From the human T2T-CHM13v2.0 reference genome, Homo sapiens: a stretch of DNA of 64,000 nucleotides. A model generated the notes under the pieces. That model saw only the letters and a program-made list of their open reading frames with translations. It ran no database searches and was not told the origin of the DNA. The stretch is from the NCBI RefSeq assembly GCF_009914755.1, contig NC_060926.1, one strand, 5' to 3'. A program made the translations under genes and the position numbers. Numbering within the stretch: position 1 is the first letter of the stretch; each line of letters begins with the position of its first letter. This document shows positions 1 through 15,039 of the stretch, piece by piece.

Positions 1-699
1 AGCATTTTTCAAATGTTTATGGGGCCAGACACCATGCCAGGCCTCCAAAGGCATACAGGTCCTGGCCCCGAGGACTCAGTGAGGATGTTGGCATGAAGCA
101 GACCTTTATATGCTATTCAGGGAGGGCTGTAAAATGGGGGTCATTCTGTTTCAATTTCATTTTTATTCCCTTTATTTCTCAAACTAATTTTTCATTAAGT
201 ACAGGAATTTTGCTTTGGGTCATTTAAAGAAAAGATATTTATTAAGTGCTTACTAAAGGCACAGCACCATCTCAGTGCTGAAAGAAATATAAAAGAAGTG
301 AAAGGAGTGTGAGCTGCAGTCCCAGGGGCTTCAGCAGCTAGCTGGAAAGACAGAAACATGTAAAAGAAGAAAACCCAAAATATTAATAACAACGCAAGGC
401 AGTGTGCAATGAAGAGCTAACTTGTGCAGGTATCCAAAAAGGGGTGAAAGAATCACTGAGTTAGAGAAGGCTTCAGGAGAATCCAGAGTTCAATCTGGGT
501 CATAAGAACATACAACTCAGATTTCTTTAAACACAGTTAAAAGTGGGGAAATTGCTAATGGAGGGTCTAGCCAGCCCAGCACAGGCTTTGGTGACGTCTG
601 AGCCTTGGCTATCTGGATGACGTGATGAGTCTGGCTAAGAAGACACTTTCCCCTGTGGAAAATGACGGATGGGTAGTGTGGCCTCATCCTGCAGAATCT

Positions 700-846
700 T
701 GCTGCTTGAGCTTTGCACTGAGAGGGGAGCATCGCCTGGGAGCTCCTCAGAGCTGGAAAATCTCAGGCCCCTACCCGAGGCCCAGTGGGTCAGAATCTAC
801 ATTTTTAGCAGAACCCCAGGTGGTACGCATTTGAGTTAAAGAAGCT
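700..846. mobile_element. MER5A-like hAT-Charlie DNA transposon relic
   Basis: gcatcgcctgggagct...aaaatctcaggcccctacccgagg...cagaatctacattttt...accccaggtg resembles the MER5A core. Confidence 0.65.
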
Positions 847-1851
847 TCTTTACGACACCAGGAGACATGAGATGTTTGGAGTCAGTGACAGGATGCAGGA
901 AATATTTCAGGACTATTAATCTGCAAATGGTGTGTAAAGGTTAGCAAGAAGAGAACCTGGGAGCCCAGAGTTCACCTAGGAGTCTGTTTCAGAGGCTGAG
1001 ATATGAAGTGAGGAGGATCCTGACATTGCCTTGGTTATACTGAGACACAAGGAGGGCAGGACACTGAGTGGAGATGGTCTGGGAGCTGGGGCCTCTGGAC
1101 GGTGCCCAGGGAGCCTGACTGGGCAGGGAGGTGGACAGGATTGCAGGCAGGCCACACAGAGAATAACCAGGGTGGGGCAGGGGACCAAGGTCTAAGGTTG
1201 TGGGAATACTTCACTTCCTTCCTGCTCAGGGGATGGGAAGAGGGCCCTTTGGAGAAGACAGAAAAACCATAAGGTAGAAAGAATAAAAGCTAAGATGATG
1301 GTTTTTTAAAAGCTATTTTACTAGAATTTCCATAAGCCTGGAATTTTACACCCTGAAGATAAGTTCGGAAAATACACTTTAATTTGTTTGTGGTGCCAAT
1401 AAAAGCAGGCTCACTAAACAAATGTTTAACCTGGGGAATAGTCTACAGGACTGAACAAATACAAGTGATAGATTTGCTAATTCTTTTCTTTCCCTGTGGA
1501 AATAACTACCGTTCAGCAAAACAACCTAATTTGTGGAAGACTTCCAAAGATCACAGAAGGATCTGGATTGATGCTGTGTCCTGCTGTGGACCTGAGGGGA
1601 CAGGGGATGATGCTGGTGGTGGGGAAATCACAGGGTCCGGCGAGACCGTGCTCACTGGGGGATTCTTCACCCCCTCCGACTCAGTCCTGGTGCCTGGACC
1701 ACATCCTGGGCAGGCGGTCAGACCCTGATGGTGCTGGCTACATGTTTTCCGTCTCCAACTGGATTCCTTGTTCCATGAGGGTGGGAATCATCTTTATATT
1801 TTTATATCTTTATATTTCTGCGCCTTTCTTCCAGCATCTAGAAACTGGCTC

Positions 1852-2110
1852 TGAGGAGTTCAAAGAGTGGTCCCTGGGATGCACTGCATTACCCAGGAGC
1901 TCGTTAGAAATGCCAAATTTCAGGCCGCACCCGAGACCTCCAGTATCAAAATCTTCATTGTAACAAGACCCCCAGGTGATTTGCGTGCAAATCACATTTT
2001 CAGATTATGACTCCAGAAGGAGGACTCTCAACCCTGCCCGCACAGTAGCATCACTAGGGGAGACTTAAAACCAGGCATCAGTCTTTTTGAAACTCCCCAG
2101 GCATTCTAGC
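1852..2110. mobile_element. MER5A1-like relic followed by a MER5B-like fragment
   Basis: gcattacccaggagctcgttagaaatgccaaatttcaggccgcacccgagacc...taacaagacccccaggtgatt. Confidence 0.7.
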
Positions 2111-2199
2111 AGAGAGCTGAGTAAATGTTTAGTAAATAAATACCCAGAATGAATGAAGGTGTGAGGGTGTGAGGGCTGAGAGGAAGGGTATTAGAGATA

Positions 2200-2308
2200 G
2201 GATCAGCTCTCTCATTTTATGGAAGAAGAAACTGAGGCTGAGAGATTTAGAGCAATTTGCCCAAGGTTACACAGAAGTTAAAGAGGAGTTGGCATTAGAA
2301 GTCAGGTG
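2200..2308 (-). mobile_element. MIR SINE fragment
   Basis: cattttatggaagaagaaactgaggctgagaga...ttgcccaaggttacacag is the reverse MIR core. Confidence 0.8.
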
Positions 2309-2309
2309 T

Positions 2310-2795
2310 TGTGGTTTATAACACATACACAAACTCTTTGATACCACCTTCAAAAGGTGGAGCCTAATTCCTCTCCCTGTGTGAACGGGCTGGATTTTAG
2401 TGACTCGTTTCTAGCCAACAGAAAAAAGGGCAGAAGAGACGGTGCAATTACAGAGACCAGGTCACCAAAGGCACTGAGCTTCCTGCTGTGCCCTGGCTGC
2501 TGCTCAGTCACATAGGGGCAACAGAGGAGCAGCCGTGGGGAGCTCCCGTGGCCCGGAGCTGAGGCCTCCTGCCGCAGCCACTTGCGAGGCCTCTGGATGT
2601 GGGTCCTCCAGCCTGGCCTGGCCCGCAGATGTTGCAGCCCAGCCGACTGCAGCCTCAGGAAGGACACTGAGCCAGAACCACCCAGCGGAGCCGCTCCCTG
2701 ATTCCTGACCCTCAAAATCTGTGGGATGGTCACATTTGTTGTTTTAAGCAGTTACATTTGGGAGTCATTTATTACACAGCACAGATGACTAATAC
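2310..2795 (+). mobile_element. MaLR solo LTR (MLT1F-like)
   Basis: caaaaggtggagcctaattcctctccc...tagtgactcgtttctagccaacag...tcctgaccctcaaaatctgtggga...tgttgttttaagc...gatgactaatac. Confidence 0.75.
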
Positions 2796-3566
2796 GCCTT
2801 CCAGTCCTTTGCTGTTTCAGCCACACCCCTGTAAGAGACCAACTTCTGTTCCACAGAACTTCAATAGCCATGCCGGCCCAGTTCTCGACAAGCTTAGGAT
2901 TGAACACAGACAATGATGACCAAATCAAAACAGGGGCAGGGCACTGCATGGTGTGGTCTCCACTCCTTCCTCACGGGCCCTGGAGCCCTTGCCCAACCCT
3001 CCTGGCTGGCTTTCATGCCAACGTGCCAGACACTGCCCTTTCCAATCCTGCCCGCTGTGGGAGTGCCAGGGCAGGGCAAGGTCAGGCTGCAACGGGCCGA
3101 GGCAGCCTAGGAAAAAAGAGATTGTAGGTGACCTGGGTTCAGAAGCTGGTGCCTTGCCCTGCACGCCAAGTGTTGGTAAAACAAGTGTCTGCACAAGGGT
3201 GACGGGTGTCTTCCCCACTCTGCTTGCCTTGTAGCTATGGCTGTGATCAGAGAACTTGACGTGATCATTTGAAAAATAAGCAGCCCTCATCTGATTTGTC
3301 AGTCACAAAACAATGGCTCACAGCCCATGCAGATGCTGAGACTCAGAAGGGGGTGAGGACCGGGGGGCCTCCGGCAGGGGCGTTCACTCTTCCTCCAACC
3401 TCCCCAACCTTGGCTAGCTGGATTCTCCTCTTTGCCTTCTTGAACTTTCTTCTAGAGCTCTCTGAGCTGGGCACGCCCAGAACAAGGCAACCTGTGCTCC
3501 AAGTCCAAAGAATTTCTTAGGAAGAGGTCTCAGCAGGTGTTTATTTTTTTATTTATTTTAATTGAA

Positions 3567-3861
<295 letters not shown>

Positions 3862-4621
3862 TCAGCATGTGTGTATAGTGCCGCCTCCCTGCAAGTTGTG
3901 AGACAGACCATTAGAAGCTGACTCAGGGGGCTGGCTAGGGCAGGAGGGCGGTGCAGAGAGAGTGTCCGCCATCAGCCCCTGAGACCTGGGAGGTCTGGGC
4001 TCAGTGCAGTGCTGGCTGCCTCCTGCCTTCATTTCTCCTGCTTTCCAGTGCTTTCCAGTACCTGAGGATGCCAAGGGCCTGAACCCTGGCAGAATCTTTC
4101 TTTCTTGACTGCCATGGACATTTCCAGCCTGTGAGTGTGGCTCCTGGAATCCTCAATGACTTCTTCCCTCATCTGCAGGGTGCTGGCTGCCTCCGGAAGA
4201 ACAGAAGGAGAAATGCACTTTCCAGGGGTCGTGTGTCCTAGAACCCATGCCACACATGGTGACCGCTGCCTGTTCTGACCTCCACACCGACTACAAAACC
4301 TGGAAATTTTTTGGCTGGAGCCACAAGCTTGGCTTCCATCTCACAATAACGAAAACATCATCAGAGTTCTCAAAGGCCCTTCAACTTTTGAATGCCCCAC
4401 AGACTTTTGGTTTTATGTAAATAACAACATTTCTTGGGATTCAAGATGAGGATCACAGGGTTTTCAGCACAAGGCTCTTACCCATTTTAAACCAATTGCG
4501 GAGCTGTAAGCATCACCTTTGTTCACAAAAGGCTCAACAATCCACTTCCAGGAGAGTAAGACCATCCTGTCCATTCATTCTCCAAATAGAAATAATAAGA
4601 AAAATAGAAATGCCACATATT

Positions 4622-4926
<305 letters not shown>

Positions 4927-5022
4927 AGAAATGCCACATATTGACTGTGTATTTTGTCTTAGACACGATGGTACCCTGTTTATGAACATTATCTTAATGA
5001 TTACACCATGAAAAGTAGACAT

Positions 5023-5412
<390 letters not shown>

Positions 5413-6499
5413 CTTCCCACCACCCCGAGCTGCCTCACCAGGCCTGCCCACAACACTTGCGGTCTGCATGCTGGAGCTCTAGCCTTTCTGAGGTGTGCAG
5501 GGCTCTGGTGGAGATTCAGGAGTCAGAAGGAAGAGCCCATCAACCCCTGAGCCTCTCAGGCAGCCATTCTGCAAGTCCCCTCAGCAAGCACTGCCTTTCT
5601 ACCTGGCCTGGGAAACCACGGCCCCATTGTGGAATCTGCTTTTCCACGGAGCCTAGCCCCAAGTGCCACCTGGGGCGAGTGCAGCAGGGACCCTGTCTGA
5701 GGGTGCTGGGCAGGGTCCAAAGGGGAGCAAATGATGGTGCAGCACTCCAGGAGCTGCAGTCCAGCCTGTGTGGGAAGGGGCAAAGGAGAGAGAGGATCTG
5801 AACACAGGGATAGCAGCTGCGGCCTCAGGCAGAAAGGTGCAGAGTAAATCCCCTGCCGGCCACCATGCTCCTGCCTGGGTTCCCACCCGTGTCTTCTATG
5901 GGTCAAATCCAGCTGGAGGCTGGGGGCAAGGGAGCTTGTGGGTGCAGCTCAGCCCTGGGCACAGCATCAGGGAGAGGGCTGGAGCATGGGCCGGCGAGAC
6001 ATGGATAGCGCCAGCACATGAGAGCAAGACCTGCGTCTACTTTAACCTGGGACCCTAGCCTGGGTCAACCCGCGGTAGCTTGGTGACCAGATGGATGCCG
6101 GAGTGAGAAGAGGTGGGTGGGTGGACTGTAGGCTCAGCTCATTCCTACCCCAGCACTGGAAGCAGGGCAGCAGCTTTGGGGAGGCAGCCAGCACCAATAA
6201 GCCTAAAATAGAGCCGGGGGAACAGGGGTGCGGTCTGGGAGCTAAGGAGCTTGCGAAGCCCCTGGCCAGAGCCCTGTGGTGGTCGGAGGAAATGACATGA
6301 GGACACAAATTCATTGGTCCAGCAAGAGAAGGGTGGCACTGTCGGCCAGGCTCCGTGCGGCATCAGGATGTCTTGTGGTCACTCCTGAACGAGCTCGAGA
6401 AGTCAAGGCCACCCCTCAACTGCTGGACGGCGTTCTGTGGATGGTGGAAAGGGCAGGGCAAAGAGGAGGGTGACTGAATCATCTAGACAAGGGATTTCT

Positions 6500-7545
6500 T
6501 CTGCTTTAGGACAGTTTTAGATTTATAGACAAGTTGTAAATTCAATACAGAGTGTTCCCGGGGACCCCACACCAGTTTTCCTTTTAGGATCTTACATGAT
6601 GCAATACAGTGGTCATCCCTGATGAACAAATACTGGTGCAATACTGGTGAACTGAAGTTCATACATCTTCAGATGTCCTTAGTTTTCTCCTAACGTTCTT
6701 TTTCTGTTCCAGGATCCCATCCAGGATCCCACTTTACATTTAATCATCACACATCCTTAGGCTCTTCTTGGCTAACAAGACAATTTCTGACTTGCCTTGT
6801 TTTTGATGACTCAGAAGTTTTGAGGAGCACTGGACAGGTGTTTTGTAGAATCCTCCTCAACTGAGAGTTGTCAGATGTTTTTCTCGTGACAGACTGGGGC
6901 TATGGGTTTGAGAGGAAGACCACAGAGGCAATGTGCCATTCTCATCACATGAAGGGTCCATGCTACCAGCATGGCTCAGGATTGCTGATGCTGGCCTTGA
7001 TCACTGGGATGAAGCAGTGACTGGCAGGATTCCCCACTCTGAAGTGACTCCTTCCGGTGCTCCTTGGAAGGAAGTCTCCAGGCGGAGCGCACACTTAAGG
7101 GAGGGAGTTATCCGTTTAACCTCCTCAAGGGCACAGCATCTACATGAATTACCTGGAGTTCCTCTGCACGGGAGACCTGCCTCTTCTCTGTTATGTATTT
7201 GTCCATCCGTCCATTATTTATTTGTCAGTGTGAACACATGGGTATTTATTTTAAACTCTGGGTTATAACCCAATATTACATTATTTATTTTGTTGCTCAA
7301 ATTGTCTCAGCTATGGTGACTGGGAGCTCTTTTAGTTGGTTTGTGTGTCCCTTAGACATACTACCATTTTTTTTTCTTTTTCTTCTTTTTCTTTTCTTAG
7401 GACCTCTCTACTTTCTGGCACTACAAGGTGCTCCAGGCTCCTCTTGTATTTTCCCTGCCCCAGCTCTGGAGTCAGCCACTTCTCCAAGGAGTCCTGGTTC
7501 CTTTCACTGGAGATTGGCATTAGAATCCCAGATCTGGGTGCACAG
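6500..7545 (-). mobile_element. L1MC-type LINE-1 3' region
   Basis: acagttttagatttatagacaagttg; ccaggatcccatccaggat; gccttgtttttgatgac; ctggagtcagccacttctccaaggagtcctggttcc. Confidence 0.8.
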
Positions 7546-7739
7546 TGAGGACTGACAAATGCTAAGATGAAAAGGTGTCTGAGGGTGCCCCAAATACCTC
7601 TGACTTCCCAGTTTGGAAAGAACAAGCTCTCATTTAGAAAGACACCTGTGCTGTGATCAGGACGCCAATAAGGAGGCACTGATGATTCCAGTGGCCCCCA
7701 CTGGCCCGGGCCTGGGTTTTCCTAGATGGCTAAGGCTAA

Positions 7740-8142
<403 letters not shown>

Positions 8143-9994
8143 AGGAGCTCACCTTTTTTGAGTGTTCCTGAAGTGGAAGACTGTTCCTTGGAGTGAGGAG
8201 GGACTGGGGACATCTGGACGTCCTCCCTCCTGGGACCCGGCTCTCACTAGGAGTCACTGTTGTTTCAAATGCTGACAAAGCCCTGGAGATTCCTCAGTGA
8301 ACAGAAGGCCTCAGAGCTGAGGGTGGAAACAGGCCTCAGTGTCTGAAGGACCCACAGCCACCTCAGGACAGTTCCTGCTGAGAGCCGCACCCTCTTTTCT
8401 TGTTCTACTTCTGGTTCACACACTTTTTAAGCCTTCATCAACCACAAGACATCATATTAAATGACACAGTAAAGAAACAACAGCCATTTGCTTATTCTCT
8501 TATCTATAGGCAGGATCTATGGACTCTGTGGATGCAGATGAAACTCCTCAGGGAGCTTCTATTCTCGTAGAGGAACTCCAGCCAACTTCATCCACAGAAC
8601 AGGGCTGCGGTTCAAAGTCGTTCTTCCTTCTCCCGACAAATGGCACTGACATAGGGAAGAGCCCAGGGTAGGAAGACCAGCAAAGGGCCCCAGAGGGCAA
8701 GGCTACACAGGTCCCGCCCCTGTAATGCCAAGTACAGGGCCTGCTGAGCTACGGCCTTCACTGGGGATAGACGTGCATATCTTTTAGGAACTCATCATTG
8801 GTCTATGAAGCAGAAAAGGATCCAGGCAGGGCGTGGAAGTGTTTTAAGGGGTTAAATACACCATCCATGTCTAGAACATCTGATTACATCTCTGTGGTTT
8901 CCAATAATCACCATCTTATTAGGTGGCCAGGTCTCCTATTAAGTACAAAAAGCTCAGTAAAAAAACAAAAATATCAAACTTGGTCGACTCTGCGTGTCTT
9001 TGCTAATCTGTGGGCTTGTCATATTTGTTAGACGCCTCAAGAGTTTTGCAACGTATTTCTAGAGGGTAGAGCTCCGAGGGAGCCACGGGCTTAGGGAACA
9101 CGCAGATCCTCCCAAGGAGGCTGAGGTTCAGAGCACCGAGGAAAAGTTTTTTTTTCTTGTTTAACAGTGATTTTTAATAAATAATTCATTTTAACTATTC
9201 ATATTAAAATATTAGAGCGACCTAGTTAGAACCTGAGATGCAGTGAAGTTTGGTCAGAGGAAACAGGTTCTGTAGTGAGGCAGAACACCAGCAGACAATG
9301 CCCAACCCCGTGCAGGTTTTGGTATGGAGACAGTCTATCGGTAAGCTGGAGAAAAGACGGGAAAATCCATTCTGAAAGCAGGAGGGCACCAATGAAGTTG
9401 TTAGCACAGCTGCAAATCTGGTTAAATTAAACCCAACAGGCAAATAATCCACATACAGAGCAGAGGGAAGCAGATAATGTAAACTCCAACGAAGACCATT
9501 TGAAAGCTTTCCAAAAGGAAACCATTAACCCGGGAAAGTTCTCAGCAGGGGCAGGAGGGGGTGTAGTGTGTGAAGTACAGACATTCCATTTCCAATTAGG
9601 CATCTACTCAGTAAGCAGAGAGGTGCCAGCTTCAAAAACATTCAGTGTTGTGGAAAACCAGATTCACTGAAAATTCGGAAACGTGGAAACATCTGAGGAT
9701 GCCAAGGCTGCCCCTCCTCTCACTGTGTTTCTCCATCCACTGCCCGAGTACTTGACCCTTACTTAAGGAACAGCTCTTTCTTGCTGTTGGGTAAAAGGAG
9801 AATCTGCGCCTTAGAGCCCAGACATGCAGAATTAAAGGTGTCATCTGGTTGGAGAAGTTTAGTCAGATTTGCCTCTTCCATTTGGCGAACCTCACTCCTC
9901 CAACACTCTTGTTTGCTGGGGCTGACCCTGGGCTGCCCCCTGCCCCACCACTTCCCCCAGCCTGGTCCAAGCCCCATCCCAAGCTTTGGTTGCT

Positions 9995-10017
9995 GTCTCT
10001 CTCTCTTTCTCTTTCTC

Positions 10018-10082
<65 letters not shown>
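9995..10082. repeat. Compound (CT)n-(CA)n microsatellite
   Basis: Directly visible. Confidence 0.97.
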
Positions 10083-10084
<2 letters not shown>

Positions 10085-10672
10085 TGGCACACCCCAGGAG
10101 CTGAAGTGGGGGCTGGAGAAAGCAAGCTAGTAAGCTAGGGGCATGTCAGGTGGCGGCTGGGGACTTGGAGACCCTGAGCCATGCTGCTGAGGTGCAGGGC
10201 TGTGGAGAAGAGAAGCCCCTCCTGCCTCCCTACCCAGGGTCAGATTAATCATGAAGGATGCAGATGGCAGGAACTGCAGAGGAGAGGAGGGCTTGAGCAG
10301 GTCCAGGCAGCAGTAGCCAACAGAGGAGGAGCCACTGAGGCGCATGTCACCAGCCAAATGGGTCCCTTGAATAGAGTTTCTTCACTTTGGCCATCTGACA
10401 TGACATGCTTCCTGCTAGGCCCTGACAGCCAGCCTGGCTCTGACGGGCAGCACACGGGTAGGGGGGACACCTGGCATCACTGCTGGGCGGTGGGAAGCAG
10501 GGTGCTGTGGCTCTATTATCCTGGCTGAGATGAGGTGTGCAAGTGAGTCTCCTGGCCTCTGCTTCTTCACTTGAAAATCAGTGTGATGCATTCACCTCTC
10601 AAGCTTGCTGTATCAGTGATCATGGACACACTCACACTTAACAGATCGCCCATCGTCAAGTTCAAATGAATG

Positions 10673-10712
10673 GTGTGGGGTGGGGTGGGGTGGGGTCGGG
10701 TGGGGGGCTGGG
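10673..10712 (+). repeat. (GGGGT)n tract, predicted G-quadruplex
   Basis: ggggtggggtggggtggggtcgggtggggggctggg has more than four G runs with short loops. Confidence 0.8.
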
Positions 10713-11042
10713 CAAGTCACTCACCACTTTCTCTGTTCTCAACCTGATACTTTACTATTTCAAGGTCTCCTGGTTGTTCTTTAACCCCAGCTCATTTCAT
10801 TCTCTTCCCTATTTGCTTCACTGATTCCGGACAGTTCTGCAGTGAGAGAATCCCAGGGAGGCCCAGGTGAGTCACATCCCGAAACCTCTGTGAAGGTGAG
10901 GAGAGCAAAAGCCCCCTTGGGAGGCTCTGGAGAGCAAGGAGGAAACTGCCACTAATGCTCTGGTGGGCACGCCCTGCCGCTCACCTCAGCAGCAAGTCGT
11001 GATTTTAAACTAATACTTATTACTCACCAAGTTCTAGGTTCA

Positions 11043-11142
11043 AATATATATATATTCACATATATATAATACTTATGTGATATTATGTGTGTATGTATAT
11101 ATTTACATATATATATTTATGTGATATTACATGCATATGTAT
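11043..11142. repeat. TA-rich low-complexity repeat
   Basis: atatatatattcacatatatat...ttatgtgatatta twice. Confidence 0.85.
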
Positions 11143-11179
11143 AAGTCGTTGAGTGGACACTGTTATGGATAAAGGTAAA

Positions 11180-11365
11180 ACAGGAGTCCAGGGGTGGGAG
11201 CTGCTGTTTTATACAGTGTGGGGCCAGGGAGGGTTTCTCTGATAAGACGACGTGTTAGCATAGACCTGAAGGGAATGAGCAAGACACACAGACATCTTGG
11301 GCCAGCGCGTTTTGGGCAGAGGGAACAAATGCGGCAGCCCTGAGCTTGAATCAGTGTGGCCAGAG
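11180..11365 (-). mobile_element. L2 fragment
   Basis: ggccagggagggtttctctga...agacctgaaggga...ggcagagggaacaaatgc. Confidence 0.6.
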
Positions 11366-12369
11366 TGGGGTCACGGTGTCACTGGTGGGGAGGTGGCCAA
11401 CCTGGCACCATACTCCATGGGGGCTGGCAGAGCCTGCTGTGTCCCCACACCAACCCCCATGTAGCTGCCCCTTAACTGCAGGGTCCTCATGGTGTTTTGA
11501 AACCTGGCCAAATTGATAGACTGCTCCAAGGAAAGACAGGGACCTCTGACGGACTAGACCGTGGGGAATGACTGCCAGGCAGAGGTTGAGCTGACCCGTT
11601 AAACTCAGCCCGTGAGTGCATACAGAGCATGAGCAGGACTTCCAATGTGCTCACGGCCCGCTCTAAGCACTCTGCCTGCCTTGGCTCTCGGAAATCCACA
11701 TAATATTCCCATGAGGCAAGTATGTGACCTTCCCTCGGGGAACTGAAGTGACAGAAGTTACCCAGCAATGATGATCTGACGTTCCACCACCAGCACGGGA
11801 AGGGGCTGGCTCTGGGCCTGTGTCCACCTGAGGCTGGGCTCCTCCCCACCCTGCCGCCAGCATTCTTTCCAGAGCCGCACCCGCCCCAGGTGGCTAGCCC
11901 ATGCCAGTCCAACCCCACCAGGACCAGTCCACCCCAACTTCAGAGAAGAAGAAAGGCTCCTGAGGTTGAAGTTGTCTGGCGCGTCTTAGGTCTGGTATGA
12001 CTGCTATTGTGAGAAGAATGGCTGGCCAGGTCTGCTCTTGGCCTTGGGGATACAAAGAGAAGCTTCCATTTTCCGCTCTAGCTCCCAGCATCCTGCAGCC
12101 CAAACAACACCTGTCCAGGATCCGGGGCTAGCCAGCAGGGCTGTCTGCTGAGGTGTCTCTGGGGAGTTCAGCCATGTTTAGCATTTCACACATCTGTCTA
12201 TACCTAGACCTCTGCTCGATATATACTATCCCCACACCCGAGATAGTTATGATACAAGGTTAGACTTCAAGCTAATTTGAAACAGCCCACATCATCCCAG
12301 CTCTCATTTCTGAACGAGCCCATGGAAACGACAGCAAGGCGAAGTCCATGAACTTACCAGGAGGGAGGT

Positions 12370-12620
12370 CTCAGGCAAGCCACCTCACCTCTCCAAGCCT
12401 TACTCTGCACATGTGTGAAGCAGTGATGATTGTCTCTATTTCACAGGACTGCTGTGCAGATTAAGACGGAAACGCTAAGGAAGCAACAAATGCCCAATAA
12501 ATGTGGGTTTCTTCAACATTTATTGAATACCTACTGTGTGCAGCCACTGTGCTAGGTGCCAGAGAATGAACAGACGGATGCTTCCTGTCCTCAAAGAGGG
12601 CACAGTCAGTGCAACGGCAG
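12370..12620. mobile_element. MIR (+) followed by an L2 3' end (-)
   Basis: ggcaagccacctcacctctccaagcctt...; caacatttattgaatacctactgtgtgcagccactgtgctagg. Confidence 0.7.
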
Positions 12621-15039
12621 GGACAGATGTTTAACGGCTCAGTAACAGCACCGTGCAATTTGGCTATCTCTCCTATTTCCTCCTTTCAATGCTTTAGGCC
12701 ATGAGAATAGGGGCCAGGTCTTTTATTTCTATTAGATCTCCCAAAGCCTTGAGAAAGATCTAGAGCCCGTTGTCTTACAGCAAATGCAGTGGCCTCTCTA
12801 ACAAAGAAATGTTCCAGGGTAAACAGGAAAGCAGCCACCTCAAACCCCATCCAGCCCACACTGGGAGAGCTGTTTACAGAGATGAACCCAGGGAGGTGGG
12901 TGGAAGCCTCAGACCCTCCCTGGTGGGAGGTTGTCCTGCCACCAAAGGCCTCCATCTCCAGAGGCTCCTGCTTTAACTGATGCCGTGGGAGGCATGCAGC
13001 CAGTCCTTTAAGAACTAGGGACATTGGCGTTTGCCAGTGTCTCAGTTCTGTTTATTCTGTAAACATAAGGAGGAGCTCAACATTCTGTTGTACTTCATTT
13101 TGCAATCTTCACAAAATAAATATTTGCCTTCAAAAGCAACAACTGTGATAATCATCAGGATAATATTCTCCAGCGCCATTTCCCTCGCACATGCCAGGCA
13201 CAGAAGGCAAGTCAGAGTGCTGTGTGTGGTCTGTTTGGATAATAATTTTCATCTGGAAACCTCAATTTGGAAACCAACTGGCAGTAATTCTAGAGAAAGT
13301 TTGGTCTCCTGGTTTTTAGAATTGACTCAAAACCGAGTGTCCCGAGTCACCTAAGTCTCCTTGCTTTGGTTACGTCTGCCCATAAAATGAGAAGCAAAAT
13401 TGCTTAGTGAGTGCTGGCGGGAAACTAGGACATTGGCGGGGTTCACAGTGGCCACAGAACAAGGACTGGCCACCCAGACAGGCCAGGTGCCTGCTGCATG
13501 TGCAGGGATGGTCTCTCTCTCTCCAAATCTCTCTAAGAATGAGCTAAAATTCAAAAAGAGTTCTGCTGAATGTAAATGGTACTTATTGGAGATTTTATTG
13601 CCCATAAAGAAATCCATCAACAGAAAACCACACTCTGCAAATCTACCGATGCACAATTAGTTTGTGCTGCTTACAAATCCCACTCTAAACTCAGCTGTCA
13701 GTGCCCTCCCTTGGCCACGCTTCTTGGAGATACAGGCTTTCTGCAGAGGATGCCGCATGTCAACAAACACATCCCCAAAGTGTACACTCTGATTTGTCTT
13801 CTTCATTATGGACAGGAGGCTTTAGGAACAGCCATTTTGAGTCTTTATTAAGGACTAAATCTTAAAGAAAATGAACCTTGAGACTCCTCTAAAGTACCTT
13901 TTAGGGATGCTCAGTGCATTTCCATATTTTTAAGGATTAGGATTTTTTGGGGCCAGAGGTAATGTTTATTACCCAAGGACACAGAGCCTCAATCCAAACA
14001 GTAAACCATAAAACCACATCTAACTGGGTAAATAAAATCAGCCAACTTAATAGACATCTGCATCCCACTGGAGCATTCCCCGTGGCCTTCCACTTTCCTG
14101 TATTCATCAGACCCCAACCAGACATCAAGTCAACAATCCCGCCCTTCCAGCTCCTCCCTCGTGATCCATCTGTCTGCCTTGACTGCCCTGGAGTTCCCAG
14201 AGACAGGTATCCTCCTCCAGACTGACTTCCCTCCTAATCGACCTCCATCTTCCAGATACGAGGAAGGAAATCAAACTTTCCAGGTGCTGGTGGCTCCGTG
14301 CGGGACGGGGCAGGGAAGCCACCTTCTCTCCAACTCCAAAGGCCATATGGAGTCAACAGGAACAGGTCTGGCATGCTGGCCAAGGGCATCAGTGATCTCT
14401 GAACCCGTTCTCCAACAATTTTGCCAACTGAGCCATCAGAGAGCCACTGCGTCCCCACTCCATCTCACACCCGATGCTGGAAGGTGTCCCTCTCTCCAAG
14501 TGAGGAGGAAGCGAGTGCAGCTGGCCAGTGGCTCTGCGACTGTGGGAGTGTCCCAGCAGGGCTGCAAGGGGGGCGACGGCGATGTCTGTTGCTAAGTGTT
14601 CTTTCTCTGCACAACTTATTGAGTCTTGATAATCTATTTTCAGATTTTTGGAAGTGTAATCATGTGTTTCAGGTTAGGGTCTTCATAATTTTTCTCAGAA
14701 TGGATCCCTTTGGCATGTGTTAACGGCCAAGGGAGCAGGTGTTGGTGAAAATGGATCATTCCTCTCCTGCCACCCTTCCTGCTGCCTGCCCTTCCTGCCC
14801 TGCACCTCAGCCAAGCCAACTCTCCCAGGAAGAGGCTACTTGGAGACCCAGCTCCTTAGAAGCAAATTACAGCAACCGGCGTGGCATGGGATGGGGTGGT
14901 GTGGGCACTGACTGTCCCAGAACAACACAGGGCGTGAGCCACCATGGCTGAACTTCCGCCCTGACTTGACTTCTGTTTGCCTTTCCATCACCCTCAATGA
15001 GAGCCCAGCCCCCTTGCCACGGCCCGCTCAGGCTCCTGG

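Noticed and set aside
6629-6731. Short direct repeats (aatactggtg twice, ccaggatccca twice)
   Set aside because: Internal to the L1MC relic; no regularly spaced array
9759-10130. ORFs rich in VC/ER/LS/HT repeats (also 42341-42629)
   Set aside because: Translations of (CT)n/(CA)n microsatellites
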